Source: Octopus bimaculoides (lineage: Eukaryota). From it: 58,762 nucleotides of DNA. The DNA is taken from positions 16,401,272 to 16,460,033 of the forward strand of contig NC_068993.1 in assembly GCF_001194135.2 (NCBI RefSeq). Direction: 5' to 3'. Below the pieces are notes generated by a model. That model was not told the DNA's origin. It worked only from the letters and a program-made list of their open reading frames with translations, and did no database searches. Shown here piece by piece: positions 11,819 through 24,256 of the stretch (positions are counted from its first letter, which is position 1; each line of letters starts with the position of its first letter). The translations under genes and the position numbers were made by a program.

Positions 11819-12194
11819 TTAATTTTTATATTTTTTCACTTATAATTCAGACATTATTTTGCAGCCTTACCAGGGTACTGTCTTCAAGGATTTTGTTTTT
11901 CCCTTTTATTTATTTTTTTTCTTTTAGCCAGCTATATTAACACTATTTCAGTCAGGTACTTATTTTATAAGTGTGAGGGTTAGCAGAAGGAAAGGCATCA
12001 AGCTGTAGAAACCCACCACAACAAATTCTGTCCAACCAATTGCAAGCATGGAAAAGTGGACATTGAAATGATGAGGTTATGATTTGTGGGGGATTTGGCT
12101 ACTGTTTTTGGTAGGTCAAGCTGTTACAGAATCTCCCTGATTAGCTGTTTTTCTCTTTCAAACCTGTAGGCTCAACATACCTGCTATGTTATTA

Positions 12195-12400
12195 CCAGTC
12201 TGTGTTTGTCCCCCCAACATCGCTTGACAACCGATGGTGGTGTGTTTATGTCTCCATAACTTAGTGGTTCGGCAAAAGAGTCTGATAGAACAAGTACTAT
12301 GCTTACAAAGAATAAGTCCTGGGGTCAATTTTGCTCGACTAAAGGCGGTGCTCCAGCATGGCTGCAGTCAAATGACTGAAACAAGTAAAAGAGTAAAGAG
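12195..12400 (+). mobile_element. SINE family A 3' half
   Basis: Matches 1385-1594 closely. Confidence 0.85.
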
Positions 12401-12447
12401 AGTAATATATGTTATTTATAATGGATGGATAGGTGTCCTTGTTTGTT

Positions 12448-12494
12448 ATCACAATGTTTCGGCTGATGTACTCTCCAGCCTTCATCAGCTGTTC
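12448..12494 (-). ncRNA. Minimal type-I hammerhead ribozyme motif (degenerate copy)
   Basis: Minus strand reads aacag-CTGATGA-A-GGCTG-gagagtacat-CAGCC-GAAA-CATT-gtgat. Confidence 0.65.
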
Positions 12495-12632
12495 TGGTGG
12501 AATTTCAAACCCAACCCTTTGGTATGTTGCTGATGTTATTTTTCTGTTGATATTATTTTTCAAGGCCCTGCCTAGGGTTGAATTTAGAATCCTCATAAGT
12601 CAAATAAAGGGTTGGGTTCGAAATTCCACCAG

Positions 12633-12678
12633 AACACCTGATAAAGGCTGGAGAGTACATCAGCTGAAATGTTGTGAT
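12633..12678 (+). ncRNA. Minimal type-I hammerhead ribozyme motif (degenerate copy)
   Basis: aacac-CTGATAA-A-GGCTG-gagagtacat-CAGCT-GAAA-TGTT-gtgat. Confidence 0.55.
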
Positions 12679-12868
12679 AACAACAAACAAGATGAGGACA
12701 CCTATCCATCCATTATAAATAACATACATAATTTCTCATCTCAAAAATATAGAAAGAGTAATGTATTTTAATGAAAATATGGTAACAGAGTTAAAGTGTA
12801 AAATAGTGTCAAGTTGCATTCCTTTATGTCAAAGATTATTGAGCTATTTTATAAATGTTGATCATTAA

Positions 12869-13083
12869 CCGTTTAGCATTTAAACTGGCCATATCTGACC
12901 AAAATATTTTACCTGTTTTATTTTTGAACTAGCCGTATCTGGTCTCTCATACTTACCCAACAATATTATTCTAAAAATAAACAATTACATCTCTGGAATT
13001 TCAATGCTACAAGGTAATACTAACTTATATCAATGTGAATAAATAAGCATTATGTTTGACTGAGAAATCTGAATGCTAAAGGG
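12869..13083 (+). mobile_element. piggyBac-type MITE
   Basis: TTAA on both sides (12865-12868, 13084-13087); TIR cc(g/c)tttagcatt..aatgctaaaggg; other copies at 48956, 50957 and 51665. Confidence 0.8.
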
Positions 13084-13623
13084 TTAAAATAAGCACTGAA
13101 AGTCCAATAAGATCAACTAAAAATACTTTGAATGTGGTACCTTAGTGTGGCCACTGTCCAGTGACTGAAACAGTCTGTCAGTTCTATATCATTATTACAA
13201 GATTGTAGTATTTATGCTTATTTAATACTTAGAAATAGTAGTGAAATTATGGCAGAGACTGTAGTGTACCTGGCTATATGTGCCTTGATGTATTCTGTTT
13301 TAACTTTATCAACTGGATTACCTTTTTTAGCTACAGAAAGAGCCTTTCTGTGGTTGTTTGACATGTTAGAAATAGCAGTTGAATCTACCTTGAATCAAAC
13401 CCTACTGTCTTAAGTTTTAAACGCTAAATAATGTAGTTCCAGACACCACTGAAAGGATGTGATGGGCATGATTGGAATGCATTTGATTGTAGGTTTGCTC
13501 AATCAAAATTGACTTGAATTTGATCAGCTTTGCTTTCATCAATAAAAAGAAAAATCTTTATCTAACAATGAAGCCTCTATATAGTTACTTGAACTGTTAG
13601 AAATAGCAGCCAAATCACAACAT

Positions 13624-13816
13624 AATGGTTTCAAGTTTTGGCACTTGGCCAGCAATTTCAGAAGAGGAGCTAAGTTGATTACATTGACCCCCACCAGTGC
13701 TCAATTGGTATTTATTTTACCGAACCCTGAAAAGATGAAAGGTAACGTCAACCTCAGTGGAATTTGAACTCAGAATGTAAAGATAGAAGAAATGCCACTT
13801 GGCATTTTGCCTGGTA
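13624..13816 (-). mobile_element. SINE family B copy
   Basis: Reverse complement of the family B central block (gatgaaagg..gtcaacctcagtggaatttgaactc). Confidence 0.8.
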
Positions 13817-14534
13817 TAAAAGATAAGATACATTGGAATCATGAAACTGTTCAGAAATATTGTTTAACATAAAGTGAGGAGGATCATAGCTAGAATGCCT
13901 TTGATCATAGGCTTACCTGATCAGAGCTAGCCTTGGGCTAAATAAAAATAACAGCAACCACAAGAATTAATTGAATATAAATACATCATATCATGTAAAT
14001 ATATTGCTTAGTTAGCAAAATGTAATAAAACACCAGCCATGATTTTGATAATAAAATGTGAGTCATATCATTCTAGAATGAGTGAGAGAAGAATGTAATT
14101 CTTTCAATTTTCCCAAATGATTTGATTGAATTCAAGCTTAAATTAAGTTTACCTGATCACTTGATGTCATATTTCAACAGAGATAATTCCATATGCTATG
14201 CTCACTTTCTTTTTCTGTAAACTGGAAGATTTAAATACAAATGCAAGAAAACATTGATCAGTTATCACTAAAAAATGTTTACATTAGAGAATGACATGGA
14301 AACATTTTTATATACTCATCATTGTATTTATCTTGGATAATAAGAATTTATCTTCAGCTTTTGATTTAAAATTTCTGTTTATTCATTGTGTTTGACATTA
14401 ATATATAAAAGCTAATGATTTCTCTTGGCAGTGTGGTTAAGAAGTTTGGTTGAGAATCAGGTCCTAAGGTTGTTCAATGCCTTATGAATAGAAATGGAAG
14501 ATGGACGCATGAAAGCCTGTTGTGTGTGTGAGTG

Positions 14535-14572
<38 letters not shown>

Positions 14573-14582
14573 CACATGTGTG

Positions 14583-14616
<34 letters not shown>

Positions 14617-14623
14617 CACACAC

Positions 14624-14878
14624 ATTATCATCATCTTCGTTTAACGTCTGTTTTCCATGCTGGCATGGGTTGGACGGTTTGACTGGAGACTGGCAAGCCA
14701 GGAGGCCGCACCAGGCTCCAATCTGATCTGGCAATGTTTTTACAGCTGGATACCTTTCCTAACGCCAACTACTCTGAGAGTGTCGTGGGTGCTTTTTTAT
14801 GTGCCACTGGCACGAGAGCCAGTCAGGTGGAACTTGCATCGGCCACATTCAGACGGTGCTTTTTACATACCACCGGCA
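14624..14878 (-). mobile_element. RTE 3'-UTR-type retroposon
   Basis: (GAT)n tail, gttaggaaagg..tccagctgtaaaa block and 5' repeats of gtggcacataaaaa. Confidence 0.8.
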
Positions 14879-14880
14879 GA

Positions 14881-15048
14881 AGACAGCTGCAGGAGAAATA
14901 CCTAACCAAAGATAAACCTCTGTACCTGGCTTTTGTTGACATGGAGAAAGCCTTTAACATGGTCCCCTGATCCCTTATCTGGTGGTCAATGTGGAAACTA
15001 GGGATAGATGAGTGGTTAGTGAGAGCTGTACGAGCCATGTACAGGGAA
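14881..15048 (+). pseudogene. RTE LINE reverse transcriptase fragment
   Basis: RQLQEKYLTKDKPLYLAFVDMEKAFNMVP*SLIWWSMWKLGIDEWLVRAVRAMYRE. Confidence 0.88.
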
Positions 15049-16949
15049 GCTTTGGAAAAACTACTGGATCGATTTGTTTGGTTAAACTCTTCAAAGCAGT
15101 ACCCCAGTGTGGCCACAGTCTAATGAAGGAACAAGTAAATGATGAAAAAGAAACATAAAAGATATATATACACATATAAATAATTTGGGGTGGGACTAGA
15201 TTTCCTATGTAAGATATATAATTATCTTTTTCCTGTTGATAATTTTCTAGCAACAGACAAATGTGTTTCTCATTTCATAAACAGTATCAGCAAACAAATT
15301 TGGAGCAGTTTTGTTTGTTAGAAGTTATAATATAGCTCACACAAAGGAAATGAAAGCAATTGCCCTCACCCCCACCACACGATTATTATGCAAGCTAAAC
15401 CTTGTGCTATTTTCTCCCTTATTCTGTTTAAATTATGATGAGGGATTATCATTGGCTTTAAACTCTTACTTTTTTTTTTATAAAAAGATCCTTCTTAGCA
15501 GGATTATAATTTCATGTGATATTTTTGTAATGTGTGGGAATGGAAGGCACAGTGACCGGCCGTTAGCATACCAGATTCTTCAACTCTTAGATCATTCTCT
15601 GTTTGTGCCTCAATGCTGATGTTGGCATTGTTGTTATTTAGTCTCCAGCTCATCATCCCTGATCGAGCAGACGTTTTAGTAAAAGTAGTTTTCCAACCAT
15701 GACTATAACATCATTTTCTGTTTTTTTACAGACATAGTGTTCCCATTATTAAATATATCCTTCCTTGTTGTTTAGCCCCAGGTCAGCACTGATTGAGTAG
15801 TCCTATTTCTTAAAGTGTTCCAGTTGTCATCAGCCCCCCCCCCCACTCATGAGATATAACACATCTAAGACTACATTAATCCCTGTTTCTTTCTTTATTA
15901 TTTTGCCCCATGGTCATCCTTGATTGAGTAGATTTATCAAAAGAATTCCACTGATGACCATTCTTTGTGTATGTCTTAGACGAATTTCCCAATCTGCCCC
16001 CACTTTTTTTAAAGTGAAAATCTATGTCATTTTGAACTATGGGAAAACTATTTTAATTAATTTACAACTGTTTTCACTAAAAAGAAACCATATCTCTTAT
16101 ATCCATGGTAAAACTTTCACTTGAAGTAACTGTATAGTGAGAAATCATATCCTTGTGATCTCTGTGATAGAATTTTCATTCAAAATGATAGATTCTCTCA
16201 CAGAGGTTTCGACATAGGTGAGCAACTTCAAGATCCGTTATAGTAAAAGTTTGTCATAAACAGACACCACAGTACTGAGAAAATCTCATCTGCAAAGCAT
16301 AGTTTTCTTGAACCTTCTTTGATCTGTGAACAGATTTTTACTACTAAAAAAAAAAAACTTTGGAAGAATTTTGGCCAGCATAATTTACATATTTACAAAA
16401 AGTGAGCTAAAGGAAATAATTCTAGTGGATCAATGATATAGATTTGGGTATTTCAGATAGGTAGAGCAGTATTGAATGATGTATGCCAAACATTATAAAT
16501 GTATTATAGATAGGTGCAGGCATAGCTGTGTGGTTGAGAAGTTTGTTTCCCAGCCACATGGTTCAATCCCATTGTGCAGCACATTAGGCAAGTGTTTTCT
16601 ACTAGAGCCCTGGGCCGACCAAAGCTTTGTAAATGGATTTGGTAGACAAACTGAAAGTTTATATATAGTTTAAAGATCCAATCGACAAAAAAAGTACTCC
16701 ATCCAGTGAGAGGCAAATATCAATTTAAATACACAACTGAAAAAGATATTAATAGTTTCATGCTTTTATGATATTTGAACAGGCATATCATAAAATACAC
16801 TATGTATCTTAAAGCAATCAAAATTGATATGTATATATCTATATATAAAATGTGTTTGTGTCTCTGTCTCAACATTGCATGAGAGTTATTAATGAGTGTC
16901 AGTCATACAAGCAATGTTATTGCACAAGAAAACCTGTTTTGTCATGCAA

Positions 16950-17330
16950 TCTAGACCTCTCACATCAAGTCTTCACTACACCGTGAATAGAGACTTTGAA
17001 AATATTCCCCAAATGGATCATGTCAATCTTGTCTCCTTCAGTGGCACTAAAATACAATTACTATACACATCAATATTACTGTACCCTCCTACAAATGGAA
17101 CTCAGAGGGTCAGTACAAATACAAAGTCGTACCACTTCAGTGTGAATCTCTTTTTGCAAATGCACTTCAAGATAAGCAAAGAATGCATTACAGAAGTGGC
17201 ATTTCTCTTCAGTGCTTAACATTTACTGTCTACTAGTCACTAACTCCGTACAAAGCTCAGGTGAGACCTGTAATGAAATACTGCGCCCATGTCTGAAATG
17301 GTACTGTTACCCCACACCTTCAATATCATA
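16950..17330 (+). pseudogene. Degenerate LINE RT C-terminal fragment (CR1/L2/Jockey group)
   Basis: PYKAQVRPVMKYCAHV*NG at ~17246-17302 matches the LYKAQVRPxMEYCxHxW-type motif. Confidence 0.6.
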
Positions 17331-18457
17331 CACTGCATTCCAAAACAAAAATAATTGAAAAAAAACATTTGACTGAGTGGCATGAAGTCACTTTTTTAAG
17401 ACTTTAGAGTGTGATTTGAATGAGATTTTGGCTGCTAATTCTAGCCATTAATTTATGCAGACTTAGTGACGCCATAAGTAAAATTTACTTTACAGTCTAA
17501 TCTTTTGTGCTTCATTAATTAATTATTGATTAATTAATGTAGAATAAACAAAAGTAGTAGGATTGTTGCAAATCATGTATCAGACTACTTTTACAGTGTC
17601 ACCATTTTTGTTGCTTCTTTGTCCTGGATTCAAAAGTTATGGTTGTCTGACTTGGCCTTTTCTTCCATCTATATTGTCAATAAATATATTCTGAACCCAC
17701 GTCCTTTACAAAATGTCATCTCATACTGGCATTTGATTGTAAGTCTGTAGCCACATGACAGTTTTGTTTCCATAAACAAGACTACGGAAATTGATAAAGT
17801 TAATTTACATTGCTGAAGAATTTATAAATATTTTGAATGAAATGCAACACATCACCATGTAATCATCTTCTATCTGTTTAACCTGTCCACTGTCCAAAGC
17901 ATGTCCCGAATGTCCATGCTTGCTTTCAGACTTTTAGTTAATCCTTGTCTCGTGCATTCTGCATAATATAAAGCTTTCCTTTCATAAGTCCCAAGTTACT
18001 TTTCCAGTTGGAAAAAAATTGGGAATGCATATCATATATGATGCTTGGATGTCAGGAAAATATGTCTTGTGTGTCACATGTGATACACAGGACAGGCTAA
18101 GGGTTATTTAACAAACTTGTTAGAATACAACATTAAATAGGGATTTCAATGTAAAGTTTGCGATAGAAAAGTTTGGTTTATAAGGATATAAATAGATATT
18201 CTTTCATTGAACATATACACAACTTTCTTTTTATCCTTCTCTGATGAAAACTAAACATACAAAATACTAATTAATGTCTGAAGCAATTTTAATTACATAT
18301 TAATTTTAATATCAATTATACATTGTGTAGTTCCCAGGATATTTAGATGCATAAATATATGCATATTTCCAAAACTCATTTGATTATTTTGAAGCAGTAC
18401 CCATCATCTTCAAAGCATAATCACTATCTTAAAGATACAATATTGTATCTATTGCTA

Positions 18458-18524
<67 letters not shown>

Positions 18525-18780
18525 TGGAATTCAACTCATGACTGAGTAAGACCACTTCCTAAATTCATTAAGTCCGTGCAAATATTCCAAGAATCCAAGA
18601 AGTTCTTATGCATGAATTTGTTTGGAACGGATGAAGTATTTCACAGCACTGAACCTATTTTTCAGCACAATCAGCTATTAAAAGCATAAGCACAACAGTG
18701 GTTGAGATGGCCAGAAACCAACTGCACTTTAAGTTGTTTTGTTTTTTTTCTTTTTTTGAGTTTACCTTCTCCTAGAAGAA

Positions 18781-19038
18781 AGTTCTAATGCAAAGTAGGG
18801 TCACCCATACATACCAGCCTCCCCTCTCCAAGCCACAAATGTTATCCAAGGAAAAAAGCAAAGGCTGATACAGCTTGGCACCAGCAATGTCACAATTCCT
18901 TTCTACAGCTGAGTGAACTGGAGCAATGTGAAATAAAGTATCTTGCTCAAGAACACAACACAGCCTGGTCCAGGAATTGAATTCACTACCTCATGATTGT
19001 GAGCTTGGCACTCTAACCTCTGAGCCATGCACCTTCAC
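18781..19038 (-). mobile_element. tRNA-headed SINE family E
   Basis: Reverse complement of the 42444 copy (gctcacaatcatgagg..tgttgtgttcttgagcaaga..gttcactcagctg). Confidence 0.8.
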
Positions 19039-19562
19039 ACTATTATTGGTAGATAGGTAGGTAGATAAAAATATTTGTTTTTATGTCCAGTTATGATAAA
19101 AGTAATTTTACATTAAACATAAGGATTAGTTAATACTTTCGTAGAGCGCATACAGACTGATGATGGCTTAGCTAGCCAAAACTTCAGAGTCACAGTCAAT
19201 ATTATTCTTGTTACAGAATAAAATATATTTCTGTGTGTCTCTGTGTGTACACAATTTACAATTCCTTAAAAAAATAATAATTTAATGAATGAATTTCAGT
19301 GTACGTAATTCAGTAAAAGGTTACTATTTTGATGTCAGTAACTATATCCACTGCCTTTCAAATTTAATGTAGTTGTCATGAAAGCAAAATTTATTCTACT
19401 TCCTGCTGGGAGGGCCAAGAGTGTGTTTATGTCTACTTGAAACTACATAAACACTTTAAAGAATTAGTGAAAGCATGATCAGAGCTGTCTTGGCCACATT
19501 TTAGGCTACTGAACAATTCAGTACACTGGCCCCTATAGTTAGTCCACATTACCCCATAAGCA

Positions 19563-19775
19563 TCATAGGGCTGGTTTCTCTGGCATATATATTCTTCCCC
19601 AGACAGGACACCAGTCTATCACATGATTACTAATTTTTACCAGCTGAGGGGACAGGAGCAATGTGAGATGAAGTCTTTTGCTAAAGAACACAATGCATCA
19701 TCTGGTCCTGGAACTGAAACCACAATCTTACAATTGAGAGTCCAACACTCTAACCACTAAGCCATGTGTCTCCCA
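19563..19775 (-). mobile_element. tRNA-headed SINE, family E-related
   Basis: tggcttagtggttagagtg head and tgttctttagcaaaagacttcatctcacattgctcc. Confidence 0.7.
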
Positions 19776-20281
19776 TGCAGAGCCCTATGGTATTTATTGA
19801 TAGCAACCCACAGTATACATAGACCTGAACTGGGCTTCTAAAACTCTGAGGACCAGTGTTCTCGTTGTCTAAAGGTGGCAGTGAGCATAAATCCCGCTAC
19901 CTAGTTGTGCTTGAAAGTAATGATGGCTATGGTTATGTTTGATTACAAGCATAGGAAACCTAATGAACTATATTTTTTACTCAAACATATGTTTTTATGC
20001 ATGTCTATATCAGGGGTTCATAAATGATGCATTGCAGCAGATTGTGTGCTGCAGAGGTTATCTAAATATGCTCTCAGGCTTTAGAAAATTTGTATTAATA
20101 CTTGAGCTTCTTGAAATGTCTGTTTGTAATTTTGTTATATGGTAGTATGATCAATAAGGCAAAGTAAGCAATAGTTTTATATGTTCTGGTTTTTTTTTTT
20201 TTTTGCTAATTTTCAACAATAAAACAGTTTTGTTTAATTTTCCATGTGATAATTTTTTTGATATCCATTGCNNNNNNNNNN

Positions 20282-20327
<46 letters not shown>

Positions 20328-20339
20328 AATGTCCATATT

Positions 20340-20590
20340 TCCAAACTTGCATAGATCAGTTGGAATTCATTGAAGCAGGTTTTTCTATGGCCAGATGCCC
20401 TTCCTGTCTCCAACCCTCACCTGTTTCCAAACAAGGTAGTAGTATTTCCTCATGGAAATACTATCCAGGCATGTTTTCACTGAAGATTAAAAATGAACAA
20501 CACTGCTTGTATGACAGTGACACTTACCACTATCATGTGATGTCAAGACAAAGAGACAGAAACACGTGTGCAAGCGCATGCACCCACACA
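20340..20590 (-). mobile_element. RTE-tailed retroposon variant (gtcttgacatcacatgat type)
   Basis: Similar copies at ~23330-23500, ~42790-43045 and ~44205-44430; shares gaagggcatc(c/t)ggcc. Confidence 0.65.
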
Positions 20591-20596
20591 CGTATA

Positions 20597-21082
20597 CTCT
20601 TTCTTTTACTCTTTTACTTGTTTCAGTCATTTGACTGCGGCCATGCTGGAGCACCACCTTTATAGTCTAGCAAATCGACCCCAGAGCTTATTCTTTGTAA
20701 GCTTAGTACTTATTCTATCGGTCTCTTTTGCTGAACTGCTAAGTTACGGGGACGTAAACACACCAGCATCGGTNNNNNNNNNNNNNNNNNNNNNNNNNNN
20801 NNNNNNNNNNNNNNNNNNNNNNNNNNNNNNNNNNNNNNNNNNNNNNNNNNNNNNNNNNNNNNNNNNNNNNNNGGGGGGGGGGGGCAAACAGACACACAAA
20901 CACACATATACATATATACGACGGGCTTCTTCCAGTTTCCATCTACCAAATCCATTCACAAGGCTTTGGTCGGCCCGAGGCTATAGTAGAAGACACTTGC
21001 CCAAGGTGCCACGCAGTGGGACTGAACCCGGGACCATGTGGTTGGTAAGCAAGCTACTTACCACACAGCCACTCCTGCGCCT
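20597..21082 (-). mobile_element. SINE family A, full length (spans N-gap)
   Basis: Reverse complement of the 1197-1594 copy. Confidence 0.9.
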
Positions 21083-21784
21083 ATGTACTGTATTTTATGG
21101 CAAGGAAGATGCACCCAGATTTTGGGGCTACAATTCTAGGAAAATGCTTCTTGATTTTAAGGTGTTGAGACATGGTTTAAGGGGAATTTGGCAGCTATCT
21201 TTAGCAGAATGAGTGACCTACTATCTTAACTGAAGCGGTTCTACAAGCCATTTTTTATTTATTTTGAAGTTTAGGAGCTTATATACATGTAATTGGAATG
21301 TGAGGATGATAATGATGATAGACAGGTGATTGCTGTCCATATTGGTGTTAGTGTTTAGTCCCAGATCTCTCTTGATTGAGCAGATTTATGACCAAAGGCA
21401 TTCCATTACTGACCATTCCTCCTTTTTTTTAAGGGAATCTAGGACTATGTTGCCTAATGTGTCCTATTTATCAAAATGGGTTATAATTTGATAGAGATTT
21501 GGTTGCTATTTCTAGCAGTTTAAATGACCACATAAATGCTCCTTTATTTGGCTTGTTTATTGTGTGGGTATGGTAGCTAAGTGTGTAAAAGAGGAGGTGG
21601 TATATTGCAAACAGTTATTGTCGTTAACTTGTTGATGTTTTGTTTAAAATGTAAGAGCAGGGTGTCTATTATATTGTTTTTTACCAGGATATGTGGTATG
21701 CAATGAAATCATTTTTTAATTATAGCATATGTGTTGTGTATTGAGATGTTGTAGTTTAGGGAGTAACTTATCGGACAGCTAGTG

Positions 21785-22005
21785 TGATTGAGGGTGATGT
21801 CAGCATCCCATTGAAGTGGGAGTGTCTGTGCACAGTCACTCTACCTGATAAAGTTAGTAAATATTCATTCATCTGCAAATTATTTCCTACTGGGTCTGAT
21901 TTGGTAAAAACCACTGAAAGATTTAAATAAGAGAATGGTTGTGGCTAGAACATATGTCAAAGAGCGAAACATTGGCATTGAAAAATGCAAGCAGTGTGTG
22001 TGTGT
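21785..22005 (+). mobile_element. Unclassified ~220-bp repeat (family F) with (TG)n tail
   Basis: Inverted copy at 22877-23094. Confidence 0.75.
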
Positions 22006-22845
22006 GTGCACGTGTGTATGTCTGTATTTTAAAGTAATGAAATTCCTGTATGTATTTCAATAGCAGCATGCTTTCTAGCATTCTACTAATTGCATGGATA
22101 ATCTCAGTTAATTGGAGTTTTTCAATTCCCTATATTACATTATATGATTCTAGTGTATATGTAAGTATATTATTTGGTTGAAACTTGCTTGTGTGTGTTT
22201 GCATGGTTGTATGTTTTTCATTTTTGCACGCAAGTGTGTAGCAAAATTCATCTACATACAATGAAGTATGTGCGTGTGCAAGTATGTTACCACTGACAAC
22301 CATTTCACTGGGCAACAGTATTGATTTCTAACATAGGCACAAGGCTTTAAATATCTAGAAAAAAATGTAGTTGATTGTAGAACTTGATTGGTACTTATTT
22401 TATTGAACTGGAAGAATGAAAGGCAAAGTCCACCTTGGTGAAACACAAATCGATGCAGTTACATGTAACAAAGCATTTTCTCTGTCATTCTATCAATTTT
22501 GCTTGTCCACTACCCTAGAGATACCCCAGTATTTACAGAGGAAGCCTTCAGTTTATACCCTTTTCAGGTCATACCCTAGCAGAAGGGTAGTTTTCTCTGC
22601 AATATATTAAGAAAATACAGGGTGGTCACAGCTGAAATTCTTTTCATCATGGACTTTATCAGTCAGGGCTGACCTGTATCCATCAGTGACTAATGTAAGG
22701 TCATCATCAGTGGCAGTCGTATTGTGTCTCTGTGTTTACCTTTTACTTGTTTCAGTCGTTATAGATTACGGCCATGCTAAGGTACCATGTTGAAGAATTG
22801 TTAGTCAAATGAATTGACTCTAGTATTTATTTCTTTTAAAGCCTG

Positions 22846-23094
22846 TACACACACACACACACATACACACACACACACACACTGCTTGCATTTTTCAACA
22901 CCAGTGTTTTGCTCTTTGACAGATGTTCTAGCCATGACCATGCTCTTGTTTAAATTTTTCAGTGGTTTTTACCAAGCCAGACCAAGTAGGAAATAATTTG
23001 CAGATGAAGGATATTTGTTAATTTTATCAGGTAGAGAGAGTGACTGTGCACAGACACTCTCACTTCAATGGGATATTGACATCACTCTCAATCA
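22846..23094 (-). mobile_element. Family F copy inserted into a SINE A
   Basis: Splits SINE A(-) into ~22735-22845 and ~23095-23310. Confidence 0.75.
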
Positions 23095-23710
23095 TTTTAT
23101 TGGTCTCGTTTGTCAAGCTAAGTTATAAGGATGTAAACATACCGACACTGGTTTTCAAGCAGTGATGGTGAACAAACGCAAAGACACACACCCAATCGGT
23201 TTTTCTATCAGTTTCCGTCTACCAAATCCACTCACGAGGCTTTGGTTGGCCTGAGGCTATAGAAGATACTTGCTCAAGGTATAGTGGGACTGAGCCTGGA
23301 ACCATGTGGCTGCAAAACATCCACTGTTCTATATTTGCATGGGTCAGATGGAATTTATTGAGGTAGGTTTTCATGGCCAAATGCCCTTGTTGTTGCCAAC
23401 TCTCACTTGTTTCTAAGTAAGTTAATATTTCCCCATGGCAGACAACGAGGTTCATTCACAACCATCATGTGATGTCAAGACAAGAATGCACACACATACA
23501 CATAAATAACAGGCTTCTTTCAGTTTCCATTAACCAAATCTACTCACAAGGCTTTTGTCAGTTTGGAGTTACAGTAGCAGACACTTGCAGTAAGACTGTA
23601 CCTCTGACCATACAGTTGAGAAGCAAATTTCTCAATCACATAGCCACATTTGCATACATACACACGCACGCACACGCACACACACACACACCACACACAC
23701 CACACACACA

Positions 23711-23741
<31 letters not shown>

Positions 23742-24256
23742 CGATGAGTGAGATCATTAAGCTATTGTTGCATCCTTCAAAAACTCTGTTATTCTTGTTA
23801 CTATTTACTTAGTAGAAGTTCGTGTATTTATTTAGATATATAATTTTATTAACAAAGATAGTCACTACAGAATATAGCCAAGTGAGTGTCAATAGAAGTC
23901 AGTTTAGAAATACAAACAATTTTCTATTTAATTTTTCAATCTCTGTTCAATTTCTGTGTGTTGTCAGCATTGTCATCTTCATCATAAGCAGCAGCTATAG
24001 CTTTATTTACGATTTTGCATGCATTGTGGGAAACCTTTACTTTTTTCATTTGTTTTCTTTTTAGTATGTATTAGGTGTTCATGATAATTAGCTTCATATC
24101 AGCCCTGATTAATTACACCCATGGTTAACATTTTATTCCTAGTCACTGTGCACTCATGACCACAGTCAATGATTTCCTTTTCTAAGATGGTATCATGTGA
24201 TGTTTGAGGGAGATGTGGCTGCTGTTTCTAGCAGACCGAGCAGCCCTGTTGGTAAT

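Larger units (their letters stand above)
12407..12754. mobile_element. Inverted pair of Penelope-like terminal repeats (non-autonomous)
   Basis: Arms 12408-12520 and 12606-12726 are reverse complements (~90% by eye) with an 85-bp spacer; candidate TSD agagtaat at 12399-12406 and 12755-12762; hammerhead-like motif in each arm. Confidence 0.7.

Noticed and set aside
21905-21980. Possible hammerhead in family F (ctgaaaga..cgaaac)
   Set aside because: No stem II complementarity, and the second copy lacks both core motifs
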